Made by a program: the position numbers and the translations under genes. 33,811 bases of DNA, taken from contig JBMSJG010000001.1 in the NCBI GenBank assembly GCA_049418645.1, positions 1 through 33,811 on the forward strand, in the 5' to 3' direction. The notes beneath the pieces are model-generated. The model was not told the origin of the DNA and searched no databases. It worked only from the letters and a program-made list of their open reading frames with translations. Positions 7,874 to 25,123 of the stretch are shown here, piece by piece. Position 1 is the first letter of the stretch; every line of letters starts with the position of its first letter. Source of the DNA: Burkholderiaceae bacterium. GTDB lineage: Bacteria; Pseudomonadota; Gammaproteobacteria; Burkholderiales; Burkholderiaceae_A.

Positions 7874-9436
7874 ATGGGGAACCAGACCAATGGACGAGAG
7901 CCGTCCGTTGTCGTAATTGGCAGTGGGTTCGGGGGCCTGGCCGCCGCCATTCGGCTGTTGGTCAAGGGTTACCGGGTGACGGTTCTGGAGCGGCTGGATC
8001 GACCCGGTGGTCGCGCGCAGGTCTTCCACCAGGACGGTTTCACCTTTGATGCCGGACCAACGATTGTGACCGCCCCTTTTCTATTAGACGAACTCTGGGC
8101 CCTTGCCGGCCGGCGTTTCTCCGACGAGGTCAGCCTGGTGCCCATGACCCCGTTCTATCGAATTCGGTTTCATGACGGCAGTCATTTCGACTACTTCGGA
8201 GAGCCTGATCGCATGCGCGAGGAGGTCAGACGCCTGAGTCCGGATGATCTGGATGGCTTTGACCGCTTCATGCAGGAGGCCGAGCGTTGTTACGTCAAGG
8301 GATACGAGGAGTTGGGGACCGTCCCCTTCGAGACCGTTGGTGAGCTCCTGTCGTCGGTTCCCGCAATGATTGAGATGCGGGCCTGGCAGAGTATTTTTCA
8401 AATGGCCAAACGACACTTTCGTAGCCATAAATTGCAACAGGTCTTTAGCTTCCACCCGCTTCTGATCGGCGGCAACCCTCTGACGGTGACCTGTGTCTAC
8501 AGCCTGATTCCAGCCCTGGAACGACGCTATGGGGTTCATTCGGCCATGGGTGGCACGGGTGCCATTGTGCAGGCGATGGTTCGCCTGATTGAGGACCTTG
8601 GCGGGACGGTTCAGCTGGACGCCGAGGTGGAGCAGATCCTGGTGTCCGATCATCGAGTGCGGGGCGTTGCACTGCGGTCTGGTCAGACGCTGCCAGCGGA
8701 TCTGGTCGTCTCCAATGCTGATGCAGCCAATACATACCGTCGCCTGATGCCAACGGTGAAACGCAAGACCTGGACCGACAAAAAATTGTCTCGCTCGGCT
8801 TATTCCATGGGCCTATTTGTCTGGTACTTCGGCACGAACCGACGCTATGAAGACCTGCCACACCATCAGATTCTGATGGGGCCGCGCTACGAGGGGCTTT
8901 TGCGAGATATTTTTCAAAACAAAGTCCTGTCCGAGGACTTCAGCCTCTATCTTCATCGACCGACTGCAACCGATCCGGCCTTGGCGCCGCAAGGTTGTGA
9001 TGCCTTCTATGTCCTGTCCCCCGTCCCCCATCTGGATGGGGGCATCGACTGGGCTAGCGAGGCGCCGCGATATCGAGAGGCCATCTGTCGACAGCTGGAG
9101 GAAACAGTCTGTCCAGGCTTGTCTCAATCGATTGTGACTTCTCGGTGGATGTGTCCACCGGACTTCGAGGCGGACTACATGGCTTACAAGGGGGCAGCCT
9201 TTGGAATGGAACCGCGCCTGCTTCAGAGCGCCTGGTTCCGGCCACACAATCGCAGCGAGGAGGTTGAGAACCTATTCATGGTGGGGGCGGGTACCCACCC
9301 AGGTGCTGGGATTCCTGGGGTGCTCACGTCGGCCAAGGCCTTCGATGCCATGATCCCGCAGGCTCAGCACTGGAGCGGCAGGCGTCAAGAGCCTTCGGCC
9401 CTAGAGGCAGTCCGTTCCCATCTGGTGAAGGCCTGA
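7874..9436 (+). CDS. crtI: Phytoene desaturase
   Basis: VIGSGFGGLAAAIRL, GFTFDAGPTIVTAP, FSFHPLLIGGNP, QSAWFRPHNRSE, VGAGTHPGAGIPGV. Start at ATG 7874; the upstream extension in the track overlaps bchG. Confidence 0.97.
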   Translation: MGNQTNGREPSVVVIGSGFGGLAAAIRLLVKGYRVTVLERLDRPGGRAQVFHQDGFTFDAGPTIVTAPFLLDELWALAGRRFSDEVSLVPMTPFYRIRFHDGSHFDYFGEPDRMREEVRRLSPDDLDGFDRFMQEAERCYVKGYEELGTVPFETVGELLSSVPAMIEMRAWQSIFQMAKRHFRSHKLQQVFSFHPLLIGGNPLTVTCVYSLIPALERRYGVHSAMGGTGAIVQAMVRLIEDLGGTVQLDAEVEQILVSDHRVRGVALRSGQTLPADLVVSNADAANTYRRLMPTVKRKTWTDKKLSRSAYSMGLFVWYFGTNRRYEDLPHHQILMGPRYEGLLRDIFQNKVLSEDFSLYLHRPTATDPALAPQGCDAFYVLSPVPHLDGGIDWASEAPRYREAICRQLEETVCPGLSQSIVTSRWMCPPDFEADYMAYKGAAFGMEPRLLQSAWFRPHNRSEEVENLFMVGAGTHPGAGIPGVLTSAKAFDAMIPQAQHWSGRRQEPSALEAVRSHLVKA

Positions 9437-9437
9437 C

Positions 9438-10547
9438 ATGCGAGATCCGCTGTTGGTCCGACAGACCGCAGGCCACTACCGGGCTGAGCACGTTCGACTG
9501 CTCAACAGTGGAGGCTGTGACGCCCTGATGCGTCAGGGTTCAAAATCTTTTTACGCGGCCTCTCGCCTTCTACCGGTGGTCTATCGACTGCCGGTGTTTG
9601 CCCTCTACGCCTTTTGTCGTGTCACCGACGATGAGGTGGATGGATCGGATCAGATCAATCTGGTCATGCGGGATTTGCGAGAGCGGTTAACCGCCGTCTA
9701 TGAGGGCAAGCCTCGCGCCTTGTTGGCGGATGAGGCGTTCGCTCAGGTGGTACATCACTATCGACTTCCCCAGGCCCTGCCAGCGGCCCTGCTCGAGGGA
9801 TTTGAATGGGATGCCCAGGACCGGTGTTACGAGACGGTCGAGGACTTGTGCGATTACGGTGCAAGGGTTGCTGGGTCAGTCGGGGCCATGATGGCTTTGA
9901 TCATGGGAGTCCGCGAACCGTGGGCGATGGCGCGGGCCTGTGAGCTCGGTGTGGCCATGCAGCTGACCAATATTGCGCGGGATGTTGGTGAGGATGCTGC
10001 CATGGGGCGGTGTTATCTGCCCCGCCAGTGGATGCGTCAAGAGGGCATCGACCCGGTAGCCTGGCTCAGGCGACCCGAGTATCTGGCTGGTGTGGGCCGA
10101 GTGGTCTCGCGTCTTCTGACCTATGCCGATGGACTGTATGCGAGGGCAGAGCAGGGAATTTCGGCGCTTCCACGTGGATGTCGGCCTGCAATTTTCTCAG
10201 CCAGAACCATTTATGCCGATATTGGCCGATCGATTGCTCGACTCGAATTCAATTCGGTCGACCACCGAGCCGTGGTCTCCAAAAGACAGAAGCTTGTGCG
10301 AGTGTTACAGGCCATGCCGTCTTATCTATTGGCCCCAGCCTGGCGTCGAGGCCACCCTCCGCTAGAGTCGGTAAAGTTTTTGGTGGAGGCCGCCCTGCCA
10401 TCGATGGCTGTTATTGCACCCAAGACGCTCTCGGACAAAGCGGGCTGGATGATTGACCTACTCTTGGAGCTCGAGAGGCGAGAACGGACCCTGAGCTCAG
10501 CGTCTTCTGGGCATTCGCCAGGGCAGCATCCATTGAACAGCAGGTGA
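9438..10547 (+). CDS. crtB: Phytoene synthase
   Basis: GSKSFYAASRLLP, LYAFCRVTDDEVD, AMQLTNIARDVGEDAAMGRCYLP. Confidence 0.96.
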   Translation: MRDPLLVRQTAGHYRAEHVRLLNSGGCDALMRQGSKSFYAASRLLPVVYRLPVFALYAFCRVTDDEVDGSDQINLVMRDLRERLTAVYEGKPRALLADEAFAQVVHHYRLPQALPAALLEGFEWDAQDRCYETVEDLCDYGARVAGSVGAMMALIMGVREPWAMARACELGVAMQLTNIARDVGEDAAMGRCYLPRQWMRQEGIDPVAWLRRPEYLAGVGRVVSRLLTYADGLYARAEQGISALPRGCRPAIFSARTIYADIGRSIARLEFNSVDHRAVVSKRQKLVRVLQAMPSYLLAPAWRRGHPPLESVKFLVEAALPSMAVIAPKTLSDKAGWMIDLLLELERRERTLSSASSGHSPGQHPLNSR

Positions 10548-11720
10548 GATCAGCCGATCGACTTGCAGGGTCTCGTGCATCAGGTGACTCGGGCCATGCT
10601 GCCCGTGTAGGCTAACCATCGAACGGGCATAAAAAGGTGTGTCCTCTAGCGTCTGGATTCGAGTGGGCGATGGCCCAGCGTGGCGCAGCTGCCGGTTGAT
10701 TCGCCAGCCCGTTTTTCCAATGGTTCGTCGATCAGGGGCCTCGACCTCTAAGATCTGACCATCCGGCTGGTAGCGTTTGGCCAGCAGGTAATCTGAACCA
10801 TCGCGCAGTCGTACATCGTAGATCACGCTGCAACTGCCGTCGGCCTCTTCTGCCCGAGACCAGTCCCACTCCTGGAACGGGCAGTCGATGGGCTCGTCGC
10901 CCTCGTTCGAATCGAGATAACCTCGGCCCGCCCATCGAATCCCGGGCTGTGGAAAGTCCACCTGAATCTGGGCCATCGGGGCGATGGGTCCCCATCGATG
11001 TCTGCCTTGGGGCTCGAGGTCCTCGACCTGAGAAAAGAGCCGATGAGGTCGCAGAATGACCTGCCCCTCTATTCTTCGGGGGATCGGATTGGCCCACTCT
11101 CGAATGTCAATGACCAACTGGTCGTTCTGCCATCGGACCTGGCTCGGTCCAAGCTGGTAGAAGTCAGGGCCACGTTGAAGCCATTGATGGCCGCGTTCTG
11201 TCATGGCCCAACGCTTCTGTCCTGGGCTATAGAGAGCGACATTGATGGCGCAATGATTGTTGGGATCGACGGTCAGGCCTTGCCGACAGGCCCGTCGATA
11301 GGCTGATCGGTAATAAGGGGAGAAGACGCTGCCGACAAAGACGATCACGGTGATGCCATGTCGACCGCAATCGCTCACGCCATCGACATACCACCAGAGA
11401 TAACCACCCGACGGGACCTGTTGGTCAAATCGAGGTCTGCCATCAGGCTGGCGGCCGCCAAACGCCCCGAGAGCGCTGCCATCGGAACGCCCGCCCCCGG
11501 ATGAACCGTGCCGCCGGCCAGGTAAAGGCCCTGAAGAGCGGTCCGGCTCGAGGATCGATGAAAGACTGACATCCAGCCATGAGGAGCCCGGCCGTATAGC
11601 GCTCCCCGGGATCCCGGGAAGCGTTGCGCAAAGTCCGTTGGTGTTTTGACTCGGATCGGCCCTTGTGGGGAGAACCGAAGCCCTGCCGCCCCAAGACGCG
11701 AAAACACCTGTTGTTGGCAT
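10497..11720 (-). CDS. crtC: Carotenoid 1,2-hydratase (hydroxyneurosporene synthase)
   Basis: GGYLWWYVDGVSD, FVGSVFSPYY, WAMTERG, GYLDSNEGDEP, EDTPFYARS, MLPWRMPRR. GAGGAG lies 8 nt upstream of ATG 11720, inside crtD. Exact start less certain than identity. Confidence 0.9.
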   Translation of the reverse strand: MPTTGVFASWGGRASVLPTRADPSQNTNGLCATLPGIPGSAIRPGSSWLDVSLSSILEPDRSSGPLPGRRHGSSGGGRSDGSALGAFGGRQPDGRPRFDQQVPSGGYLWWYVDGVSDCGRHGITVIVFVGSVFSPYYRSAYRRACRQGLTVDPNNHCAINVALYSPGQKRWAMTERGHQWLQRGPDFYQLGPSQVRWQNDQLVIDIREWANPIPRRIEGQVILRPHRLFSQVEDLEPQGRHRWGPIAPMAQIQVDFPQPGIRWAGRGYLDSNEGDEPIDCPFQEWDWSRAEEADGSCSVIYDVRLRDGSDYLLAKRYQPDGQILEVEAPDRRTIGKTGWRINRQLRHAGPSPTRIQTLEDTPFYARSMVSLHGQHGPSHLMHETLQVDRLISPAVQWMLPWRMPRRR

Positions 11721-12952
11721 CGTTCGATCTCCTCTTGATTGGGCGAGTCTGCCTGGGCAGCGGAATTCGCCGGTGCGTTAATCAGCATGAATAGCCGTTC
11801 GTTCAGTCCATCGGACTGGTCGACGCCAGCTCGCTTCGCCAGACGGTCCTGGGCGCAGAGATAAACCGTTGGCTGGCTGGGCATGCGCTGCTGCTCAAAA
11901 ATGGCTGAAAATTCTTCTGAATAATTGGGCTGGAAAAACACATTGTGATAATGGAGACCAAAGCCCTCCACCTTGGCCACGGCCGACCAGGTCATGGCCG
12001 ACAGCGAGCTCGGCTGGGTCATGCGGTCTGCGATGGCAACAGAGGGGCTCTGGAGCAGATAAGACTCCTGAAGGCTGCGAATGTCTCCATTAAAAACCAC
12101 TGCATCCAGCTCGACCCGTTCGGCCGGTTCTCCAGTTGGGGCTGCCAGCAGTCCGCAGACACGGCCATCTTTTTGCAGAATCTGATCGACACGAGTTCCT
12201 GTCCGCAATTGGCCGCCAAGGCTCTGAAACGCGCTGGTGAGCGAATGAGCCAAGGCCTGTAAGCCACCCGTCATCGTCCAGACGCCTCTGAGTTCGACGT
12301 ACGCGATGAGCATAAGGGTCGCTGGGGCCTGCCAGGGAGATCCTCCGCAGTAGGTCGCGTATCGGCCAAAGAGTTGTCTGAGTCTTGGGTCTTGAAACCG
12401 CCGATCTAGATGGCGGGCAAGGCTCTGGAGTGGCCCCAACTGGGTGAGCAGGGCCAGACCAGATGGGCCGAGTTGCCGTGTCATCTCCAAGAAGTTCGGC
12501 CTGCTGCCTCTCATATAAATGGGCTCCAGCCGATGGTAGACCGCACGGGCTTGTGCCATAAAGGTCTCAAAGGCCTTGGCTTCTTGTGGGCCTGCAAAGG
12601 ATTCGATCGCCTGCCTGCTCCGTTCAAGGTCAGTAAACAGATCCAGCGTGGTGCCATCGGGCCAGTGATGCCGAGCCAAGACCTCTAGAGGCGTCAGATC
12701 CACCAGATCGTCCAGGCTGCGGCCCGACTTGGCGAGAAGGTCGTCAAAGACCCAGCGCATGGTCATGACGGTCGGACCACTGTCAATCAATTGACTCTCC
12801 ACTTGCTCCTGGTGAATCTTTCCGCCGGTGACACCGTGCTGTTCAAATACGATCACTTGGTGCCCCGCCTCGGCGAGTTCATAGGCGGCCACCAGGCCAC
12901 CGATCCCGGCGCCGATCACACCGATCCTCTGCGGACGAATGCTATGCGCCAT
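11375..12952 (-). CDS. crtD: 1-hydroxycarotenoid 3,4-desaturase
   Basis: IGVIGAGIGGL, DSGPTVMTMRWVFD, DPRLRQLFGRYATYCG, LAGGTVHPGAGVPMAALSG. Start moved to ATG 12952, overlapping the end of crtA. Confidence 0.95.
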   Translation of the reverse strand: MAHSIRPQRIGVIGAGIGGLVAAYELAEAGHQVIVFEQHGVTGGKIHQEQVESQLIDSGPTVMTMRWVFDDLLAKSGRSLDDLVDLTPLEVLARHHWPDGTTLDLFTDLERSRQAIESFAGPQEAKAFETFMAQARAVYHRLEPIYMRGSRPNFLEMTRQLGPSGLALLTQLGPLQSLARHLDRRFQDPRLRQLFGRYATYCGGSPWQAPATLMLIAYVELRGVWTMTGGLQALAHSLTSAFQSLGGQLRTGTRVDQILQKDGRVCGLLAAPTGEPAERVELDAVVFNGDIRSLQESYLLQSPSVAIADRMTQPSSLSAMTWSAVAKVEGFGLHYHNVFFQPNYSEEFSAIFEQQRMPSQPTVYLCAQDRLAKRAGVDQSDGLNERLFMLINAPANSAAQADSPNQEEIERCQQQVFSRLGAAGLRFSPQGPIRVKTPTDFAQRFPGSRGALYGRAPHGWMSVFHRSSSRTALQGLYLAGGTVHPGAGVPMAALSGRLAAASLMADLDLTNRSRRVVISGGMSMA

Positions 12953-13640
12953 AGCTCTGGCCCCGCCAACGCCCCGAGGCTGACCGCAGTTGAAACCGGG
13001 TGAACATGGATTCAGAGAAAAATTTCCCCCCGTAGGCGGCCTGAATCGCTCGCTGGTGAGCCCCGGTCTGGGCATAGGCAGTCAAATCTTCTTCGCTGCG
13101 CCATAGGCTGAATGTCGCCTGCCGCAGCAGTGGCATCTCTCCGAGCCCAATGGCCAGAAGGCAGCCCTTGGCCTGAGCCAGGTCTCGCTGCGCATCGGGG
13201 GACTGACGCCAGAAGTCTGCCGCCTTGGTAAGCCGAATACTTGCCCGGGTCAGGGAGGCAATCGGCCCACCGGTGGATGGCTTGGCAGTTGGTTCAATTG
13301 AGTAGCCCGACCAACTCCCTCGAGACTGATAGGCCTGCAGACACAAGGCCAGGCACTCTTGGCTGTGGGATCGGTACTGCCGGACCAACTCGCTATTGGT
13401 GACGAAGTGGTTGGCCTGATCCTCGGAGGCAAACACACCAAACCAGGCCTGATGATCAAGGCTAGGCCTCAGCTGAAAGCCTCCCTCGTGGCCACTGCCG
13501 AGAAACTTTTGAAATTGCAGACCTGTCTTGTCAGAAGAGTTGATTGGCCGGCTCATGGCGGCAATCGGCAGACGCAGGCTTCCCCAGAGCAGCGCACTGG
13601 GCTTCCATCGAACCAAGAGGGCTACTGCAGTGGGCTGCAT
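12942..13640 (-). CDS. crtA: Spheroidene monooxygenase
   Basis: KFLGSGHEGGFQLRPS, GPIASLTRASI, GLGEMPLLRQATFSLW, GAHQRAI, FSESMFTRF. Confidence 0.92.
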   Translation of the reverse strand: MQPTAVALLVRWKPSALLWGSLRLPIAAMSRPINSSDKTGLQFQKFLGSGHEGGFQLRPSLDHQAWFGVFASEDQANHFVTNSELVRQYRSHSQECLALCLQAYQSRGSWSGYSIEPTAKPSTGGPIASLTRASIRLTKAADFWRQSPDAQRDLAQAKGCLLAIGLGEMPLLRQATFSLWRSEEDLTAYAQTGAHQRAIQAAYGGKFFSESMFTRFQLRSASGRWRGQSYGA

Positions 13641-13661
13641 GGAGAGGCCGCCCCGGACAGC

Positions 13662-15056
13662 CTATTGCAGATCGCCGCGATCCAAGCCAAAGCGACGCAT
13701 CTTGACGTACAGGCTCTGTCTGGACACGCCCAGCATGTCAGCGGCGGAGGCCCGGTTGTTCTTGGTGAGCTTGAGGGCCGCCTCAATGCAGAGTTTTTCG
13801 ATGAGATCGACGGTCTCTCCGACGATTTCTTTGAGGGGCATGCGTCCGACAAGGCTGGACAGGTCCTCGTGGGACCTCGTGAGGCCGGACTGCTGGGGCG
13901 CATTCTCGTCGAGCCGCCGGCCGACATCACGAATGGTGAAGGCAAAGAGCGTGTCCTTGTCCTGTGGGAGGCTGACGGCAGAGATCTCTGCTGGAATAGC
14001 CGCCCCCGCATCCGACACCAACTGCGTTGAGAACAATCGAACCATACCGCCTTGCTGCAGGCCGTTGATGAGAACTTGGAAATCCGTATTGGCCCGTCCC
14101 AGCCAACGACTGATCGGCTCGCCCAATACCTGTCCGTGATGGGGAGAATGAACGATTTCGGCAAATGCGGGGTTGGCGTGCAGGATGACACCGCGACGGT
14201 CTGTCACGACCAGCGCATCGGTCATCAACGAGAGGGTTTCTTGAAGAAGGTGATTGTCAGGACTCTGGCCATTGACGTTGGAGGCCATGTCAACTCGAAT
14301 GAGGAAGGCCGTCTCGTTCTCATGGCGCAGATGAGCCACATGCACTTGTGACTTTTGCTTGTGATGGGTGAATTTGAGACTGGTCTGTGAGGCCCGGCCC
14401 GATCCATCGACTTCGCGCAGCACCTGATTCAGTGCGCCCAGAGACGAGGCGCCCACCAGTGTCTCGAGCTTCTTGTCCAACAATTGAGTGCCGTTCAGCC
14501 CAAAGAAGGACTGTGCCGCCTTGTTGGCCTCCAGGACTCTGCCGTGTCGTCCCTCAATCATCAAAATAGGGTCTCGGATGAGATCGAACAGGGTGCGGTA
14601 CTGGTTCTCAATCGATCGCATCCGCAGGTAGTCTTGTTCGAGCAGTTGCTGAGCCTGCAAGAGGCGAGACTGAAGTGAGGCCATGGCCCGCAGGTCCCGG
14701 CCAATTGCCACCAACTCATCCCGGCCTGGTCTTGGAGCCACGCAGTACAGAACGGGATACTCCGACTGGTCTTTTAAAACATGGTTGATGTGTCGCCACC
14801 GGGTGGGCTTCTTGGTCTGAGCTGCCTCGGCGATCATCTCGTTGACCTTCACCCGACTTTCGCTGGTCACCGTGTCCAGCCAGCTGCGGCCCAGCCATTC
14901 TTTCCCGATATCGGGTGAGTCCGGGAGGTGAGATTCGATCTGGCGAATCTGCCCCGATGAGTCGAGTTCTAGGTAGAGGTCGGCCGCGGCTTTGAAGAGG
15001 TCCGGGGCCGGTTGCCGAGCAGGCGCTGTGGTTGGATTGGCGCTCGACTTAGGCAC
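13662..15056 (-). CDS. ppsR: Photosynthesis gene repressor PpsR/CrtJ (PAS domains + Fis-type HTH)
   Basis: WLDTVTSESRVKV, Q-linker LLQAQQLLEQDY, LVGRMPLKEIV, IEKLCIEAAL (redox Cys retained), NNRASAADMLGVSRQSLYVK; GTG start. Confidence 0.97.
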   Translation of the reverse strand: MPKSSANPTTAPARQPAPDLFKAAADLYLELDSSGQIRQIESHLPDSPDIGKEWLGRSWLDTVTSESRVKVNEMIAEAAQTKKPTRWRHINHVLKDQSEYPVLYCVAPRPGRDELVAIGRDLRAMASLQSRLLQAQQLLEQDYLRMRSIENQYRTLFDLIRDPILMIEGRHGRVLEANKAAQSFFGLNGTQLLDKKLETLVGASSLGALNQVLREVDGSGRASQTSLKFTHHKQKSQVHVAHLRHENETAFLIRVDMASNVNGQSPDNHLLQETLSLMTDALVVTDRRGVILHANPAFAEIVHSPHHGQVLGEPISRWLGRANTDFQVLINGLQQGGMVRLFSTQLVSDAGAAIPAEISAVSLPQDKDTLFAFTIRDVGRRLDENAPQQSGLTRSHEDLSSLVGRMPLKEIVGETVDLIEKLCIEAALKLTKNNRASAADMLGVSRQSLYVKMRRFGLDRGDLQ

Positions 15057-16017
15057 AGGCTTTGCGACGTCGGCGTGTCAGGCAGTCCCATGCCGACGAC
15101 AGCGCTTGTGGCGCATCGCCTGCGATGACGTCTGCCTGACAGGCCAGCGCCAGTTCTGGGAAGAGGAGGGGGCCTGGACCGCCGATCATGAGGATTGGAT
15201 TTGTTTTGGTAGTGGCCTGTTTGAGCGCCAGTATAAACGCTGGTGCCTCTCGCATGTCCTGCTCGCAACTCAAGGAAATCCCCAGTAAATCAGGGGCATA
15301 GCGCTGTGCCTCTGCGCCAATTTGTCCAACGGTCTCGCCGAACGAAAGACCTGTCTGCCAGCCAGCCCGACAGAAAAAAGCGCTCACCATCTGAACCCCG
15401 AGTCGATGCTTGGCGTTGGGTGGGGTGCAGAAAAATGCGCTTGGGCGTGGGCTGAAATCTGAAAATTCACTGGTTCGACCGTTGGAAGGCTCCTGTTGGA
15501 AGTCGTGGAGGAGCCGATGAAAGATCTGTTGCAGCTGCCAAAGACCGGTTGTGACATCTACAAAGCTGCAGCTGTCCTCTTTCCAGCGTGAGCCCAAAAT
15601 CCGCGCGGCTGGCTGAAGCACGTCTAGAAAGATGGTCTCCAGGCTGACCCCTTGGTCACGAAGCGTCTGCAGATAGCGCTCGCAGTCTGGCAGTGTGCTC
15701 TCCAGGGTCAGCAGGGCGAGCCGGTGGGCTTGTGGGCTGACTTGGTCTGGCGGAGCCTGATTGGCAGGCTGCACCGAGAGGCCGGCCGCATGAGACTGGG
15801 CCTCTCCAACGACCTCCAGCATCAGCAGCCTTGGGATTAGTTCGTGTTCGACGACATCGAGAATGTCATGTGCTCGGCTGTCTTGTGATGGTGACTGAGT
15901 GGCCACCGCGCTTTTTTGGCTTTTCATCATTCGCCCCCTTGGTGACGCACCCCTGTCGATGGAGGCGGAGGGTCCCGCCCAGATCGGTGAGTACGCACGC
16001 GAATTTACCTCGTCCAT
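15049..16017 (-). CDS. ppaA: Cobalamin-binding antirepressor AerR/PpaA
   Basis: ELIPRL, LQPAARILGSRWKEDSCSFVDVT, HRLG, GISLS, IMIGG-type B12-binding fold; directly upstream of ppsR and divergent from bchF. Start could be 16017, 15930 or 15927. Confidence 0.9.
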   Translation of the reverse strand: MDEVNSRAYSPIWAGPSASIDRGASPRGRMMKSQKSAVATQSPSQDSRAHDILDVVEHELIPRLLMLEVVGEAQSHAAGLSVQPANQAPPDQVSPQAHRLALLTLESTLPDCERYLQTLRDQGVSLETIFLDVLQPAARILGSRWKEDSCSFVDVTTGLWQLQQIFHRLLHDFQQEPSNGRTSEFSDFSPRPSAFFCTPPNAKHRLGVQMVSAFFCRAGWQTGLSFGETVGQIGAEAQRYAPDLLGISLSCEQDMREAPAFILALKQATTKTNPILMIGGPGPLLFPELALACQADVIAGDAPQALSSAWDCLTRRRRKACA

Positions 16018-16098
16018 CTTCCTCTCTTTTGGGGGGATGTCTATGACTGACGACGGTTTATTTTGTCTAGGACATAGTATTTTGTCAACTAAATTAGA

Positions 16099-16139
16099 TG
16101 TCAGAATTAATTGACATTTGTGCTATTGGCTCCTAGAGT
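16099..16139 (+). promoter_or_regulatory. bchF promoter with a perfect PpsR palindrome over the -35 box
   Basis: TGTCAGAATTAATTGACA (16099-16116) is TGTCA-N8-TGACA. TTGACA (16111-16116), a 17-nt spacer, then TAGAGT (16134-16139). Confidence 0.85.
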
Positions 16140-16178
16140 GGGTTTCATCAGAAATGGTGAACGGGGAGGCCAAGGACC

Positions 16179-25119
<8,941 letters not shown>

Positions 25120-25123
<4 letters not shown>

